NCBI RefSeq assembly: GCF_006345805.1
Contig: NC_043025.1
Span: 6,696,001-6,760,000, forward strand
DNA length: 64,000 nucleotides
Origin: Octopus sinensis
Taxonomy: Eukaryota
Direction of reading: 5' to 3'
The notes under the pieces are model-generated. The model was not told the origin of the DNA. It made no database searches and worked only from the letters and a program-made list of their open reading frames with translations. Positions 1 to 12,149 of the stretch are shown one piece after another. Numbering within the stretch: position 1 is the stretch's first letter; the number at the start of each line of letters is the position of its first letter. The position numbers and the translations under genes were made by a program.

Positions 1-774
1 GATTGCACAATGGCTCTTTGTTGTGCATGTACACACACACACACATATATGTATGCATGTATACACATACATATATATGTATGGATGTGTGTATACACAT
101 CCATACATACGTACACACAAAAGTATCGTCTCAATATAGATTAGATGGTTTGGCTCACGGAAACCAAGCTAGCCAGTCTATTTGTTAATTAATTAATTAA
201 TTAATTAACAAAGTCAAGTCAACATCAGCATTTTTCTGCTTCCATTACAATTTCTTGAAATGTTTTGTTGATAAATATCAAAAAAAAAAAAAAAATCTCT
301 CCAGTTTATTAATTAGTCTTTTTATTTATTTATGTCTATATTGCTTTATTTTTATTTTACTTATTTATTTTTGGTTTGTTTTCAGATTTTTTCTTTTTTG
401 TTTGTAAGAAAACACCAAAAAAAAGTTTTCATTAAAACAATAATAAAAATGATTTTGTCATAATAATAATGATAATAATAATTTTCCGCTACAGGAAAAC
501 AAGGCCTGAATTTTGAGGGGAGGGAACCAGACAATTACATCGGCCCCAGTACACAACTGGTATTTATTTGAACTCAGAACCTAAAGACAGACAAAATGCT
601 TCGTGTGCTAATAAAAATGTACCAGCTCACCACCTTTATAATAATAATAATAATTTTTTCTACTCTAGGCACAAGGCCCCAAATTTTGGCGGAGGGGGGC
701 ATTTGATTAGATCAACTCCAGTACGCAACTGGTGCTTAATTTATCAACCTTGAAAGGATGAAAAGCAGTTGACC

Positions 775-1420
775 TCTCTCTTTTACTTGTTTCAGTCATT
801 TGACTACGGCCATGCTGGAGCACCGCCTTTAGTCGAGCAAATCGACTCCAGGACTTATTCTTTGTAAGCCCAGTACTTATTCTATCGGTCTCTTTTGCTG
901 AACCGCTAAGTGACGGGGATGTAAACACACCAGCATCGGTTGTCAAGCAATGCTAAGGGGACAAACACAGACACACAAAATATACACATACATACCTATA
1001 TATACAATAATACTATATTTGTTCCACGTCCTCGCGTTGTGTTTTTTTGTGCTTTCTTGTTTGGATTAACTTTATATATATACATACATATATACGACAA
1101 GCTTCTTTCAGTTTCTGTCTACCAAATCCACTCACAAGGCATTGGTCGACCTGGGGCTATAGCAGAAGACACTTGCCCAAGGTGCCACACAGTGGGACTG
1201 AACCCGGAGCCATGTGGTTGGTAAGCAAGCTACTTACCACACAGCCACTCCTGCGCCTATACAATGAGCTTCTTTCAGTTTCCCTCTACTAAATCCACTC
1301 ACAAGGCATTGGTTGGCCCAGGGCTATAGCAGAAGACACTTGCCCAAGGTGCCACACAGTGGGACTGAACCCGGAGCCATGTGGTTGGTAAGCAAGCTAC
1401 TTACCACACAGCCACTCCTG
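775..1420 (-). mobile_element. SINE-A (tRNA-like head, internal TA/CA tract, CR1-like tail) with duplicated head
   Basis: Reverse complement of the consensus seen at 10121-10530; head segment present twice (~1100-1258 and ~1269-1420). Confidence 0.85.
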
Positions 1421-1860
1421 CGCTGATGTGGAATTTGAACTCAGGACGTAAAGACCAACGAAATACTGCTAAGCATTTCATCCGGCGTACTAACAACTCA
1501 GCCTTAATAATAATAATAATAAACAATTATCATTATTTATTGTTGCTGTTGTTGTTTTAATACAGACACAAGAGGGAAGGGAGAGGTTAATTGCTTTGAT
1601 CATAGTACTTAACTGGTAATTTTTTTTATTGACCCCAAAAAGATGAAGGTTAAAGTCAGCCCCGACAGCATTTGAGCTCAGAATGTAAATTTCAAATTCA
1701 GTGTAAATAACTACCCACCTCCACCAACATTTCAGGCCCTGTGTCTATAGTAGAAAATAATAATAATACTTTCTACTAAAGGCACAAGGCCTGAAATTTG
1801 GGGTGAGGCAGCTAGTCAATTAGCTCAACCCCAGTGTGTAACTGGTACTGAAAGGATAAA

Positions 1861-2625
1861 GGCGGCAAGCTGGCAGAATTGTTAGGACGCCGGGCAAAAT
1901 GCTTAGCGGTATTTCGTCTGTCGTTACGTTGTGAGTTCAAATTCTGCTGAGGTCGACTTTACCTTTCATCCTTTCGGGGTTGATAAATTAAGTACCAGTT
2001 ACGCACTGGGATCGATGTAACTGACTTAATACCTATGTCTGTCCTTGTTTGTCCCCTGTGTTTAGCCCCTTGTGGGTAATAAAGAAAAAGGTATTTCGTC
2101 TGTCGTTACGTTGTGAGTTCAAATTCCGCCGAGGTCGACTTTACCTTTCATCCTTTCGGGGTTGATAAATTAAGTACCAGTTACGCACTGGGATCGATGT
2201 AACTGACTTAATACCTATGTCTGTCCTTGTTTGTCCCCTGTGTTTAGCCCCTTGTGGGTAATAAAGAAAAAGGTATTTCGTCTGTCGTTACGTTGTGAGT
2301 TCAAATTCCGCCGAGGTCGACTTTACCTTTCATCCTTTCGGGGTTGATAAATTAAGTACCAGTTACGCACTGGGATCGATGTAACTGACTTAATACCTAT
2401 GTCTGTCCTTGTTTGTCCCCTGTGTTTAGCCCCTTGTGGGTAATAAAGAAAAAGGTATTTCGTCTGTCGTTACGTTGTGAGTTCAAATTCCGCCGAGGTC
2501 GACTTTACCTTTCATCCTTTCGGGGTTGATAAATTAAGTACCAGTTACGCACTGGGATCGATGTAATCGACTTAATACCTATGTCTGTCCTTGTTTGTCC
2601 CCTTGTGGTTAATAAAGAAATAGGT
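1861..2625 (+). mobile_element. SINE-B with its body tandemly repeated 4 x 182 bp
   Basis: Head GGCGGCAAGCTGGCAGAA at 1861; GGTATTTCGTC recurs at 1908, 2090, 2272 and 2454; TSD-like GGTACTGAAAGGAT on both sides. Confidence 0.85.
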
Positions 2626-3227
2626 ACTGAAAGGATGAAAGGCAAGTTGACCATGGCAGAGTTTGAACTCAGAAAGTAAGGACAAAGAAAACGCTGCAAA
2701 AGTATTTTGCCAGGTGTGCTAACAACTCTGCCAGCTTGCCCTCCTCCTAATAATAAAAATAATAATACTTTCTACTAAAGGCACAAGGCCTGGAATTTGG
2801 TAGGAGGGGACTAGTCAATTACATCGAACCCAGTGTTTCACTGGTACTTAATTTATCGACCCTGAAAGGATGAAAGGCAAGTTGACCCCAGTGGAGTTTG
2901 AACTCAGAATGTAGCGGCAGACGAAATACCGCTAAGTATTTTACCTGGCTGCTAACAATTCTGCCAGCTCCCCCCCCCCGCTTATAATAATAATAATCGT
3001 TTCTACTGGAGACACAAGGCCTCAAATTTGGTGGGGAGGGGGACTTGTCGATTATATTGCCCCCCCCCCAGTGTTTCACTGGTACTTAATTTATTGACCC
3101 CACCAAAAGGAAAGGATGAAAGGCAAAGTCAACCTGGCGGTATTTGAACTCAGGACACAGTGAGAGACAAAGTACTGCTAAGCATTTTGCCTAGCGTGCT
3201 AACGATTCTGCCAGCTTGCCTTCTTAA

Positions 3228-3382
3228 TAATAATAATAATAATAATGATGATAATAATAATAATAATAATGATGATAATAATAATGATAATAATGATGAT
3301 AATAAATAATAATAATAATAATAATAATAATGATGATAATAATAATAATAATAATAATGATGATAATAATAATAATAATAAT
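3228..3382. repeat. (AAT/GAT)n microsatellite
   Basis: Direct reading of the sequence. Confidence 0.95.
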
Positions 3383-3495
3383 TTTACTTTTTTTAGGTTT
3401 TGATTATATTTTAAAAACTAACAAAAAAAACATACAAAAGATATGCCCCCTGCCCCCCTCCCTCCCCTGCCACCCCCCTCCCCGAACTATTATTA

Positions 3496-5805
3496 TTATC
3501 TGCAGTTATGTTGGTGCTCAACAAGTGAATGTTTGTGCTTGTAACACCGGCTGCATGTACTGCACTTGAACGGCCGGTGTTCGTTGTGTGTGCGCTTGTG
3601 TAGCTTCAGCATGTGACGAGAGGCAAACAGCTCATCGCAATACGGACAATGCAACTGCTCGTTGCCCTCGCCATCGTGCTCCTTCAAGTGGATTTGGTAG
3701 GTGGCCTCTACGGTGAAGACCTTCTCGCAGTATTCGCAAGTGAACGGCTTGTTGCTGCCCTTCTCCTCGGCCGGGCTCTGAGCGGTGGTGTCGCGCTCGT
3801 GGGTGCGCCGGTGCCGCTCAAGGTTGCCAGCCTGCATAAAAGACTTGTCACACAACTCGCACACAAAGGGCCGCTCCCCCGTATGCCTCCGCATGTGGTT
3901 TAACAACGACTGCTTGAACTTGAAGCTACGCTCGCAGATACTGCATTTATGCGACTCCGACAAACGCTTGCCGTCAGGAAGTCCATCACATAAATCAACG
4001 TGGTTTTTGAGGGTGAGAGCATCTGAGAAAACTGCACCACAAAGGCTGCACTTAAAGTTACTGCGACTGCCGCAACTGTTGTTGTTGTCTGCTGCTACAC
4101 TAATGCCCTCACTGTTGTTGTCTGCACACACATTAGTCACTGGCATAGACCCTTCTGTAGTATTGTGGCTGCATTTATGTGCATTTAAATATTCAAGGCT
4201 CGAAAACTGCTTGTTGCAGTCTTTGCAACAATTTGTGTTCGTCTCAGTTTTGTGCGACTCCTTGTGCTTGGTAAAATGCTTCAAATTCAGGAAGCTCTTC
4301 TCACAAACATCACACACAAACGGCTTAGTGGGTTTTACTGGTGTCTTTGTGTCAGCGCTTGATCTGCGTCCTTTAGACTGCTTCTGCCCTTTGCGCTTGT
4401 TGTTGTTGCTGCTGCTGTTGGCACTACTGCTACAATTTCCGCTGCTCTCAGAGGCAGTGTTTTGCTGCGATGCTTGTGAGGACTGCGTCTTTTCTACGGA
4501 TGCATTAGCCCCGTCTTTCTCTTGTTGCTTTGCCGACGGCTTCTTCCTACTGCGACCACCACCACCACCACTGCTGCTGCCATCACCACCACCACCTTCC
4601 CCACCGGATTCTTTTTTCTTTGTTGAAGGGGTCGATGAGGATGCTGCTGCAGCCTTGCGTCGCTTCTTAGCTGCTGCAGCGGAAGACTTGTTCTCGAGGC
4701 TGGCCAGGTAGTCATCGCAAGCCTTCTGCAGGTCGAACCATTCCTGCGAGGGGGGACAGTGCGTTATGCGACAGTTGAAATATGATGAGATTTTGCGCGA
4801 CACCGACCCACAGTATTCGCAACGATACTGCGCAGTGTTCTCTGGGTGACCACGCATGTGCTCAATGAACAGGCAGCTCCATGAGAAGAACTGGCCACAG
4901 AGGGGACATCGATGTGACGTCTCCGTCGACTTAAGTTCCATGTACTTGAAGAAATGGTCCTGAGTGTGCACTCGGCCACACATCAGGCATGCAATGCCGT
5001 GATCCTTAATGCATGGTGGTAACATGACCCGTGGCACATTGTAGACTGGTGGCGTAATCTGCCTTGCGGTACTGCCAATAGCAGGAGTCGTAGATGTAGT
5101 AGTAATAGTAGTAGTGGTAGTGGTAGTAGTACTTGTACTACTACTACTACTACTACTACTGTTGTTGCTGTTGACTTTGGTTTTATTATTGTTGTTGCTA
5201 TTGCGACTTATTTTGATGACCCCAGCTTTAGTAGAGCTAGAAGAGAAGGAGGAAGATGGGGTAGTTTTTTTATTCCTCGATTTGGGCTTTTCTGTAGTGT
5301 GGGCAGCAGCTGGCCTGTTCTCCTCGCCACCATGCTCAACTGGAACCTCTTTCTTCAGCCCTTTCAAATTGGCAAATGCCGACACCGGACCCTTGGCACT
5401 GCTGTTCGGTTTGCTCTTCATCATCTTCACCCGGAATGTGTTCCCGTTGGCCAACAACACACTGTCCTCCTCCTCTTCCTCTTCTTGCTTAACCACTTCT
5501 TTCAAACTGTTGTTGTTGTTATTATTATTATTATTACTACTACTACTACCACCAACAGAAGTGCCACTCACCACCTCACCACTCCGCTGTTTCTTCACAT
5601 CCCCCTCTCCACCAGCATCCTTCTTTCTTTTCTTCTGCCTCTTCTTTGCGTTTGGTTCCCCCACCAGCTGCTGCTCCTCCCCTGCCGGCTCAGTACGACG
5701 GGGCAACTCACTCAGACTAACTACAATGTTTGCGGATGATGGCAATGTTTGCAGTGATGATGATGATGATGTTGATGACAATGGAAGCTGGCGATGATGA
5801 CTATT

Positions 5806-5837
<32 letters not shown>

Positions 5838-5949
5838 GACCTTGGGATTCCTGAAGCTGATGATGATGATGTCGATGATGACGACGATGATGATGACGAT
5901 CAGTGAAGTGGCGCCTGTTGATAAGTGCTTTGTCCTCCTCCTCCACCTC
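3496..5949 (-). CDS. C-terminal part of a large AT-hook/C2H2 zinc-finger protein (about 9-10 dispersed C2H2 fingers)
   Basis: 816-aa ORF with fingers such as CPLCGQFFSWSCLFIEHMRGH, CSICERSFKFKQSLLNHMRRH-TGERP-FVCELCDKSFMQAGNLERHRRTH and CPYCDELFASRHMLKLHKRTH; TAA stop at 3496-3498. Its GTG 'start' is not credible; the frame continues from the upstream ORF via a 1-nt shift near 5950. Confidence 0.9.
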
Positions 5950-8899
5950 TTTGCAGTTGAGCCTCTGTCACTATATACCTCCACCTTTCGCTCCATGTCT
6001 TCTCCCTCTTCATCCTCCTCTTCCTCCTCATCATCATCATCAGCTCCTTCCACCTCATTGTATGCCGTCTGATGTGCTGGTACCATCTGATGAAAGTTGA
6101 CGCCACCACCCGACACCCCAGATGCTCCTTCTTCACCCCTGGCCAATTCCGATGGCGGCGGCCCACCCTCTGCCCCGGCATCAAGTTCTGCTGCCACCGT
6201 CGACAACGTCCTCAACAAATTTGTGTTCTTCCGACGTCTCCGCTTCCGTTGTCCGTAAGCATGATAACGACGACGGGCATTTACTTTCTTCTTCTTTGCC
6301 GGCACTTCAGCAGTCTGTGCCAGTGCGGCTGCCACTGCCTCGGGCGTCGGCAGTGCCACTGGCTGTCCCGTGGCGAGGTGAGCAGCTGCCATTTCGCGCA
6401 ACATTACATCAACCTTACTAGGTCGGCCACGACGCCTTGGGAGGTTTAGCCTGGCCTTCAGCAATTCCTCACTGGTAAGTTCTGAAGGTGGAGAAGTAGG
6501 GGAAATATCAACTAAATTTGAGCCTTCGGCCAGGGTAGGAGCATTGAGCGAAGAGAGGGCCACAGCTGGGGTGAGAGTGTCAATGGACATAGGAGTAGGA
6601 GAGGCCGAGGCCGAAGCTGGGTAAGTAATTTTTTTCGGAGGCCTACCCCTTCTCTTTGGGATTTTGTTATCAGCAGTATCATCCTTACTTTTCAACTGGG
6701 GCTTTGTGTCCAGTTCCATTGTAGTTGGTTTTTCCAGCTTTGTCTGTTTCGTTAGAGCTTCACCTTTCCCGAAATTACTCATCAGTGATGGTCGACCCCT
6801 TCGTTTGACAGTTTTGTTGCTCTGAGATTTGAATTTATCAGAGAGAGGGGGTCGACCACGCCTTTTCACTCCACCCTTATAACTTTTCCTCTTCGTGCTA
6901 CCAAACAACTTTGCTGTAGAGCTCTTATTACTAGTGTCATCATCATTACTATTATTATTATCGCTTTCGTTATCTGTTTCATCTTCCGACGTATTATCAC
7001 TCTTGTCTGAATGTACTCCAGACGCCTCGTAGTCCACAGGGTCTCTTGTGCGTTTCTGATAGTTGTTAACGAGTGGTGACCGAAAGTGATCCAACGACGA
7101 ACTGTCTGTTTCCCCATTCTTAAACTTCACCATGTTGCCACCAAATTTCGACTGTGGCCGATGCTTTTTACTGGGGCTGCCCCACATTTTTTCTTTGCAA
7201 CCTAACCCTTTTATCTTAGGAGACAGACAATTCTCTTCCTCGGACGACACTGATGAGCTTGATTCGGATCCGCTGTCCTCTTTCTTCACACGGGGCGTGA
7301 GGAAGTTCTCAAGAATTCTTTTGTTGCTGCTGTTAATGTCTAAGACTTTTCCAGAAGCTGACAGCAGCAACTGATCATCCAAAGGTGACTCATTCTTGAT
7401 ATGTTTCAAAGCAGCTACACGTAATGCATCATCAACCACAGAACTATTAGAGCTATGAAGCTGCCAGGAATTGGATCCAGAATCGATCAATTTCTTCTCT
7501 GTTTTGTAATCTGACCGATTCTTAGTCATTTCTGAGAAATTCTCACTCAAAACGGTGTTGTTTCGCATTGAAGGTTCGTGAAAGAAACTGCACGTCTTTT
7601 TACCTGTGTCAGCTCTCCATGGCTTTTTGTCAAAGTTCATACCAGTCCCCGCAGTGGCTGAAGCGCCAACAGATGAGGACATCCAGTTAAAAGGGTTCTG
7701 GGTAATGTCACCAAGCCTCGAAGACCCTGTCGAGTTGCCGGAGTAGTTGCCACTGTCTTGTTTGAAGTTCTCTTGTGTGATTCGATCATGCCTGAGCGGG
7801 TTGAGCTGCACCATGCTGTGACGGTCATCTGGTGCCCTCATCAGAGCCGACAAAGACTGCAGTTTACGGAACTTACGCTCTCTCTTCCTCTGTTTGATGA
7901 GAGCCAGACGTTCTGGGTCGGTGATGGCCATGTTAGATTTTGTGTTTGACTCTGTTCGGCAAGGGCTTGATGTAGACGGCAAATCTGGTTTGGGACTCTC
8001 ACCTGTAGAAATAGGCTGGTCACTGGCGGCTGGTTGAGCGGGGGTACGGGTCACAGGAATGCTAGTTTCGCGTCCTGTACCAGATAAAATCATTTTGCAG
8101 TTTACATTCTGTGTATTAGAATTGTCGTAAAAATTGTTATTCTTAATGGATTCACTTGCATTTTGGTGTGAAATTTCAGCAAATGAACTTGAGCATGTAT
8201 TGAGCGACGACTGACAAACCCCTATCATTTCTCCAGAGACTTGTAATGTGTTGTGACTGGCTCTGAAAAACAGATTATTTGAGGAACTGCTTGTATTACT
8301 TAGAGCCTGATTTGGCTCGGCACCACCTGATTGTGCAACAGACATGTCTCCGAACACATGACCAACATCATAATTGAGAGATTTTTGCTGCTGCGGTTGT
8401 CCTTTGTTCGGAAGCGACAAGGAAGTGATATCGGTCTTGCCTGTCTTATCGCAGTCTCCCGAAGACAAACCTTGCAACAACGGGTTTGAGAGACCCGGAA
8501 GTTTGGCAAATACTTTCTGGCTTTTATTCGTCATGGCTGTTATATCAACCTTCTGACGGCCTACGTGCAGTGCTGGTTGTTCTGATGCTGTGTCCTTGCC
8601 GCAGGGCATCTCTCGAAGAGTAACTGCCTCATCAACACAGACTGTTGATTGTTTGTTCAGAGGAGTGTTGTTAGCAGCAGTGGTGACATGGGGGTCAGAC
8701 GATGAAACTGGGGACACCTTATCTATCTTCTGAACAGATGCAGAATCTCTGGGATGGCCACTACCACCCTTGCCACACTTTGATGCCTTCACAGTCCTAG
8801 TAAAATTTGGAGGTATATTCTTCACAACTTTGGAAATGTTTTGGCAATTTCGGAAGTCATTCTCCATCCCCCGGCAGGAACAACTAATCTCATGGATAC
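5950..8899 (-). CDS. N-terminal part of the same protein, with four AT-hook motifs
   Basis: ORF from ATG 8867, open back to the splice acceptor ...TTTTTTATGCAG|GTATCC at 8900/8899. Motifs KRRGRPP, KRRGRPS, KRRGRPPKK and RRRGRPSK. The translation turns to nonsense (LIVIIIVVII) after 5950. Confidence 0.85.
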
Positions 8900-8985
8900 C
8901 TGCATAAAAAAAGAAAAAGAAAATTATGATTTACAAATAAATACAAAAATTTAATTATCTTTCTCATCATTATCAACAATATATA

Positions 8986-9418
8986 CAAAGGGGTGCTGAA
9001 AAGCTCCTGGCTTTAACCCTTTCGTTACCAACCCGGCTGAAACCGGCTCTGGCTCTTTAGTACAAATGTCTTGTTTTCAAAAGTTCTGAATTAAAATCTT
9101 CCACCAAACCTTAGTCACAATTTATGTCCCTAACTCTAGCTTAATGATAACGATGTTATTTTACTTAATTCTTTGTTATATTTAACATAATTGGAAGAAA
9201 CACTGAGCATCTCAAAATAAATTCAGTAACGAAAGGGTTAAAGGGTATCACGACAGGCCTTGTTGGAGGCCCAACCTTCCTTTCCCAGGCTTAGAAAAAC
9301 TGAAGGACTGCTGCAATAGGTATGTGAATCTGAGAGGGGAAAATGTTAAATAAAATCATAATTAACTGATCCTTCTGTATTTTCTGTTACTCACAGCCAG
9401 GAACTTTGCAGCACCACC

Positions 9419-9421
<3 letters not shown>
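8986..9421. mobile_element. Mariner-type MITE
   Basis: TA then CAAAGGGGTGCTGAAAAGCTCCTGGCT at the left end; inverted AGCCAGGAACTTTGCAGCACCACCTTG at the right end. Confidence 0.65.
9017..9237 (+). mobile_element. piggyBac-type MITE (solo copy) nested in the mariner MITE
   Basis: TTAA|CCCTTTCGTTAC...GTAACGAAAGGG|TTAA; TTAA duplication and CCC-initiated TIRs are piggyBac hallmarks. Confidence 0.85.
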
Positions 9422-9455
<34 letters not shown>

Positions 9456-9579
9456 CGTGTGTGTGTGTATATATATAAAAGGAAATTAAGAAAATAAGAT
9501 GTAGCATTTAATAAAAATTTATTATATACAAAAATCCAACAAATTCTCTTAGAGTGTTTTAAATGCGTGTGTGTGTGTG

Positions 9580-10110
9580 TATGGAAATTGTAGCTGTGAT
9601 ACCAGCGCTGGTGGCACGTAAAAAGCACCATCCGATCGTGGGCGTTTGCCAGCGCCGCCCCGACTGGCTTCCGTGCCGGTGGCACGTAAGAAGCACCATC
9701 CAATCGTGGCCGTTTGCCAGCCTCGCCTGGCCTCTGTGCCGGTGGCACGTAAAAAGCACCATCCGATCGTGGCCGTTTGCCAGCCTCATCTGGCCCCCGT
9801 GCCAGTGGCTCGTAAAAAGCACCATCCAATTGTGGCCATTGCCAACCTCATCTGGCCTCCGTGCCGGTGGCACATAAAAAGCAGCATCCGATCATGGCTG
9901 TTTGCCAGCCTCGTCTGGCACCTGTGCGGGTGGCACGTAAAAAGCACCCACTACACTCACGGAGTTGTTGGCGTTAGGAAGGGCATCCAGCTGTAGAAAC
10001 ACTGCCAGATCAGACTGGGCCTGGTGCAGCCTTCTGGCTTCCCAGACCCCAGTTGCACCGTCCAACCCATGCCAGCATGGAAAGCGGACGCTAAACAATG
10101 ATGATGATGA
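9580..10110 (+). mobile_element. SINE-C (RTE-type (GAT)n tail, internal ~65-67-bp tandem units)
   Basis: Repeated GGCACGTAAAAAGCACCATCCGATCGTGGCCGTTTGCCAGC units, core GGCGTTAGGAAGGGCATCCAGCTGTAGAAAC and tail CGGACGCTAAACAATGATGATG. Confidence 0.8.
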
Positions 10111-10120
10111 TATATATATA

Positions 10121-10291
10121 GGCGCAGGAGTGGCTGTGTGGTAAGTAGCTTGCTAACCAACCACATGGTTCCGGGTTCAGTCCCACTGCGTGGCATCTTG
10201 GGCAAGTATCTTCTGCTATAGCCCCGGGCCGACCAATGCCTTGTGAGTGGATTTGGTAGACGGAAACTGAAAGAAGCCTATCGTATATATG

Positions 10292-10330
<39 letters not shown>

Positions 10331-10530
10331 CTGTGTTTGTCCCCCTAGCATTGCTTGACAACCGATGCTGGTGTGTTTACATCCCCGTCACTTAACGGTT
10401 CGGCAAAAGAGACCGATAGAATAAGTACTGGGCTTACAAAGAATAAGTCCCGGAGTCGATTGCTCGACTAAAGGCGGTGCTCCAGCATGGCCGCAGTCAA
10501 ATGACTGAAACAAGTAAAAGAGTAAAAGAG
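10121..10530 (+). mobile_element. SINE-A, full length
   Basis: Pol III A-box-like TGGCTGTGTGG and B-box-like GGTTCAGTCCC, internal (TA)n(TG)n, tail GGCGGTGCTCCAGCATGGCCGCAGTCAAATGACTGAAACAAGTAAAAGAG; at least 15 further copies in the window. Confidence 0.9.
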
Positions 10531-10804
10531 TATATATATTCTTTTACTTGTTTCACTCATTTGGCTGTGGCCATGCTGGGGCACTGCCTTAAAGGATGGT
10601 TATGAAGAAATCAATCCCAAGACTTATTCTTTGTAAGCCTAGTACTTATTCTATTTTATTCTCGTTTGCCAATCCACTAAGTTACGGAGACATAAACACA
10701 CCAACAGCGTTTGTCAAACAATGGTGGAAAGACAAACAGAGCCACAAAGATACACACACACAAGCGCTTACATATACAATGGGATTCTTTTCAGTTTCTA
10801 CCTA

Positions 10805-10990
10805 CTCATAAGCGAGAGAAAGTTGTGGCGAAAGAGTCGGTAGAAGTTTCGCCATTACCTTCTGCCGGAGCCGCATGGAGCTTAGGTGTTTTCGCTCATA
10901 AACACACACATCGCCCAGTCTGAAATTCGAACCTGTGATCCCTCGACCGCGAGTCCACTGCTCTAACCACTAGGCCATGTGCCTCCACAC
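10805..10990 (-). mobile_element. tRNA-derived SINE-D
   Basis: Minus strand GGCACATGGCCTAGTGGTTAGAGCAGTGGACTCGCGGTCGAGGGATCACAGGTTCGAAT followed by a non-tRNA body. Confidence 0.7.
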
Positions 10991-11059
10991 ATAGGCGTTA
11001 TACAATCTGTCATTCACTCTGAGAGAGAGGCCCTTAGTTACCACAAAAAGTAGAAGCTT

Positions 11060-11365
11060 TCTCAAATTCGCCTGGGCTCACACTCAAGAGGTAGTGAGTT
11101 TGATTCCCAGATCAGGCTGTACCTTGAGTTCTTGAGCAAGACACTTTCTTTCATATTGCTCCAGTTCACTCAGCTGTAGAAATTAGTTGCGACATTACTG
11201 GTGCCAAGCTGTATTGGCCCCTTTGCTTTTCCCTTGGATAACATCAGTGACATGGAGAGAGGAGGCTGGTATGCATGGGCGACTGCTGGTCTTCCATAAA
11301 CAACATTGCCTGGACTTGTACCTTGGAGGGTAACTTTCTAGATGCAATGCTGTGGTCATTCATAC
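11060..11365 (+). mobile_element. Older SINE-E, partly repeated at 11815-12000
   Basis: CTTGAGCAAGACACTT...CCAGTTCACTCAGCTGTAGAAAT core; the GCTGGTATGCATGGG.GACTGCTGGTCTTCCATAAA block is duplicated. Confidence 0.55.
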
Positions 11366-11519
11366 ATATATATATGGCTGTGTGGTAAGTAGCCTGCTTA
11401 CCAACAACACGGTTCTTGGGCAAGTGTCTTCTACTATAGCCTCGGGCCAACCAAAGCCTTGTAAGTGGATTTGGTAGACGGAAACTGAAAGAAACCCGTT
11501 GTATATATGTATATATTTC

Positions 11520-11742
11520 TTTACTACCCACAAGGGGCTAAACACAGAGAGGACAAACAAGGACAGACAAACGGATTAAGTCGATTAAATCGACCCCAAT
11601 ACGTAACTGGTACTTAATTCATTGACCCCGAAAGGATGAAAGGCAAAGTCGACCTCGGCGGAATTTTAACTCAGAACGTAACGGCAGACGAAATACGGCT
11701 ACGCATTTCGCCTGGCGTCCTAACATTTCTGCCAGCTCGCCG
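11520..11742 (-). mobile_element. SINE-B
   Basis: Reverse complement of GGCGAGCTGGCAGAAATGTTAGG...AAAGAAAT, inserted in the TA tract of a SINE-A. Confidence 0.85.
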
Positions 11743-12149
11743 ATGTATATATATATATATATATGTGTGTGTGTCTGTGTTTGTCCCCCCAACATCGCTT
11801 GACAACCGATGATGGAAATGAGTTGTGATGTCATCGGTGCCAGGTTGCATCAGCCTTTGCATTTTCCTTGGATAACAACAGTGGCACAGAGGCTGGTATG
11901 CATGGGAGACTGCTGGTCTTCCATAAAAAGCCTTGCTCAAACTTGTGTCTTGGAGGGTAACTTTCTAGGTGCAATGCCATGGTCAGCTATGACCGAAGGG
12001 GGTCTTTACTATACACACAGAAAAAGGAGCTGTATAGTAGTGGTTAGAGCATATAATAGTCAGACTACGCTTGGTTCTGTGCTGAGTATTGCAGTTGGCA
12101 ATGTAGATGCCTCTTGAGACATGTTGACAGGAAACCCTATGCTCAGGAT

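Larger units (their letters stand above)
470..3225 (-). mobile_element. Cluster of about 8 nested or truncated SINE-B-type copies with (AAT)n tails
   Basis: Recurrent (AAT)n-ACTTTCTACTAAAGGCACAAGGCCTGAAATTT...GAAAGGATGAAAGGCAAAGT...TTTGAACTCAG...CTGCCAGCT modules near 470, 640, 1560, 1770, 2625, 2760 and 2995. Confidence 0.7.

Noticed and set aside
3613-5797. Plus-strand ORFs (96, 308, 227, 146 aa)
   Set aside because: Antisense shadows of the real minus-strand coding exon.
5965-5978. 14-nt GT...AG 'intron' that would also restore the AT-hook/ZnF frame
   Set aside because: Far below the minimum spliceosomal intron size, with no branch point or pyrimidine tract.
10121-10990. tRNA-like sequences
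   Set aside because: They are SINE heads with A/B boxes followed by repeat bodies; no complete cloverleaf as a stand-alone gene.
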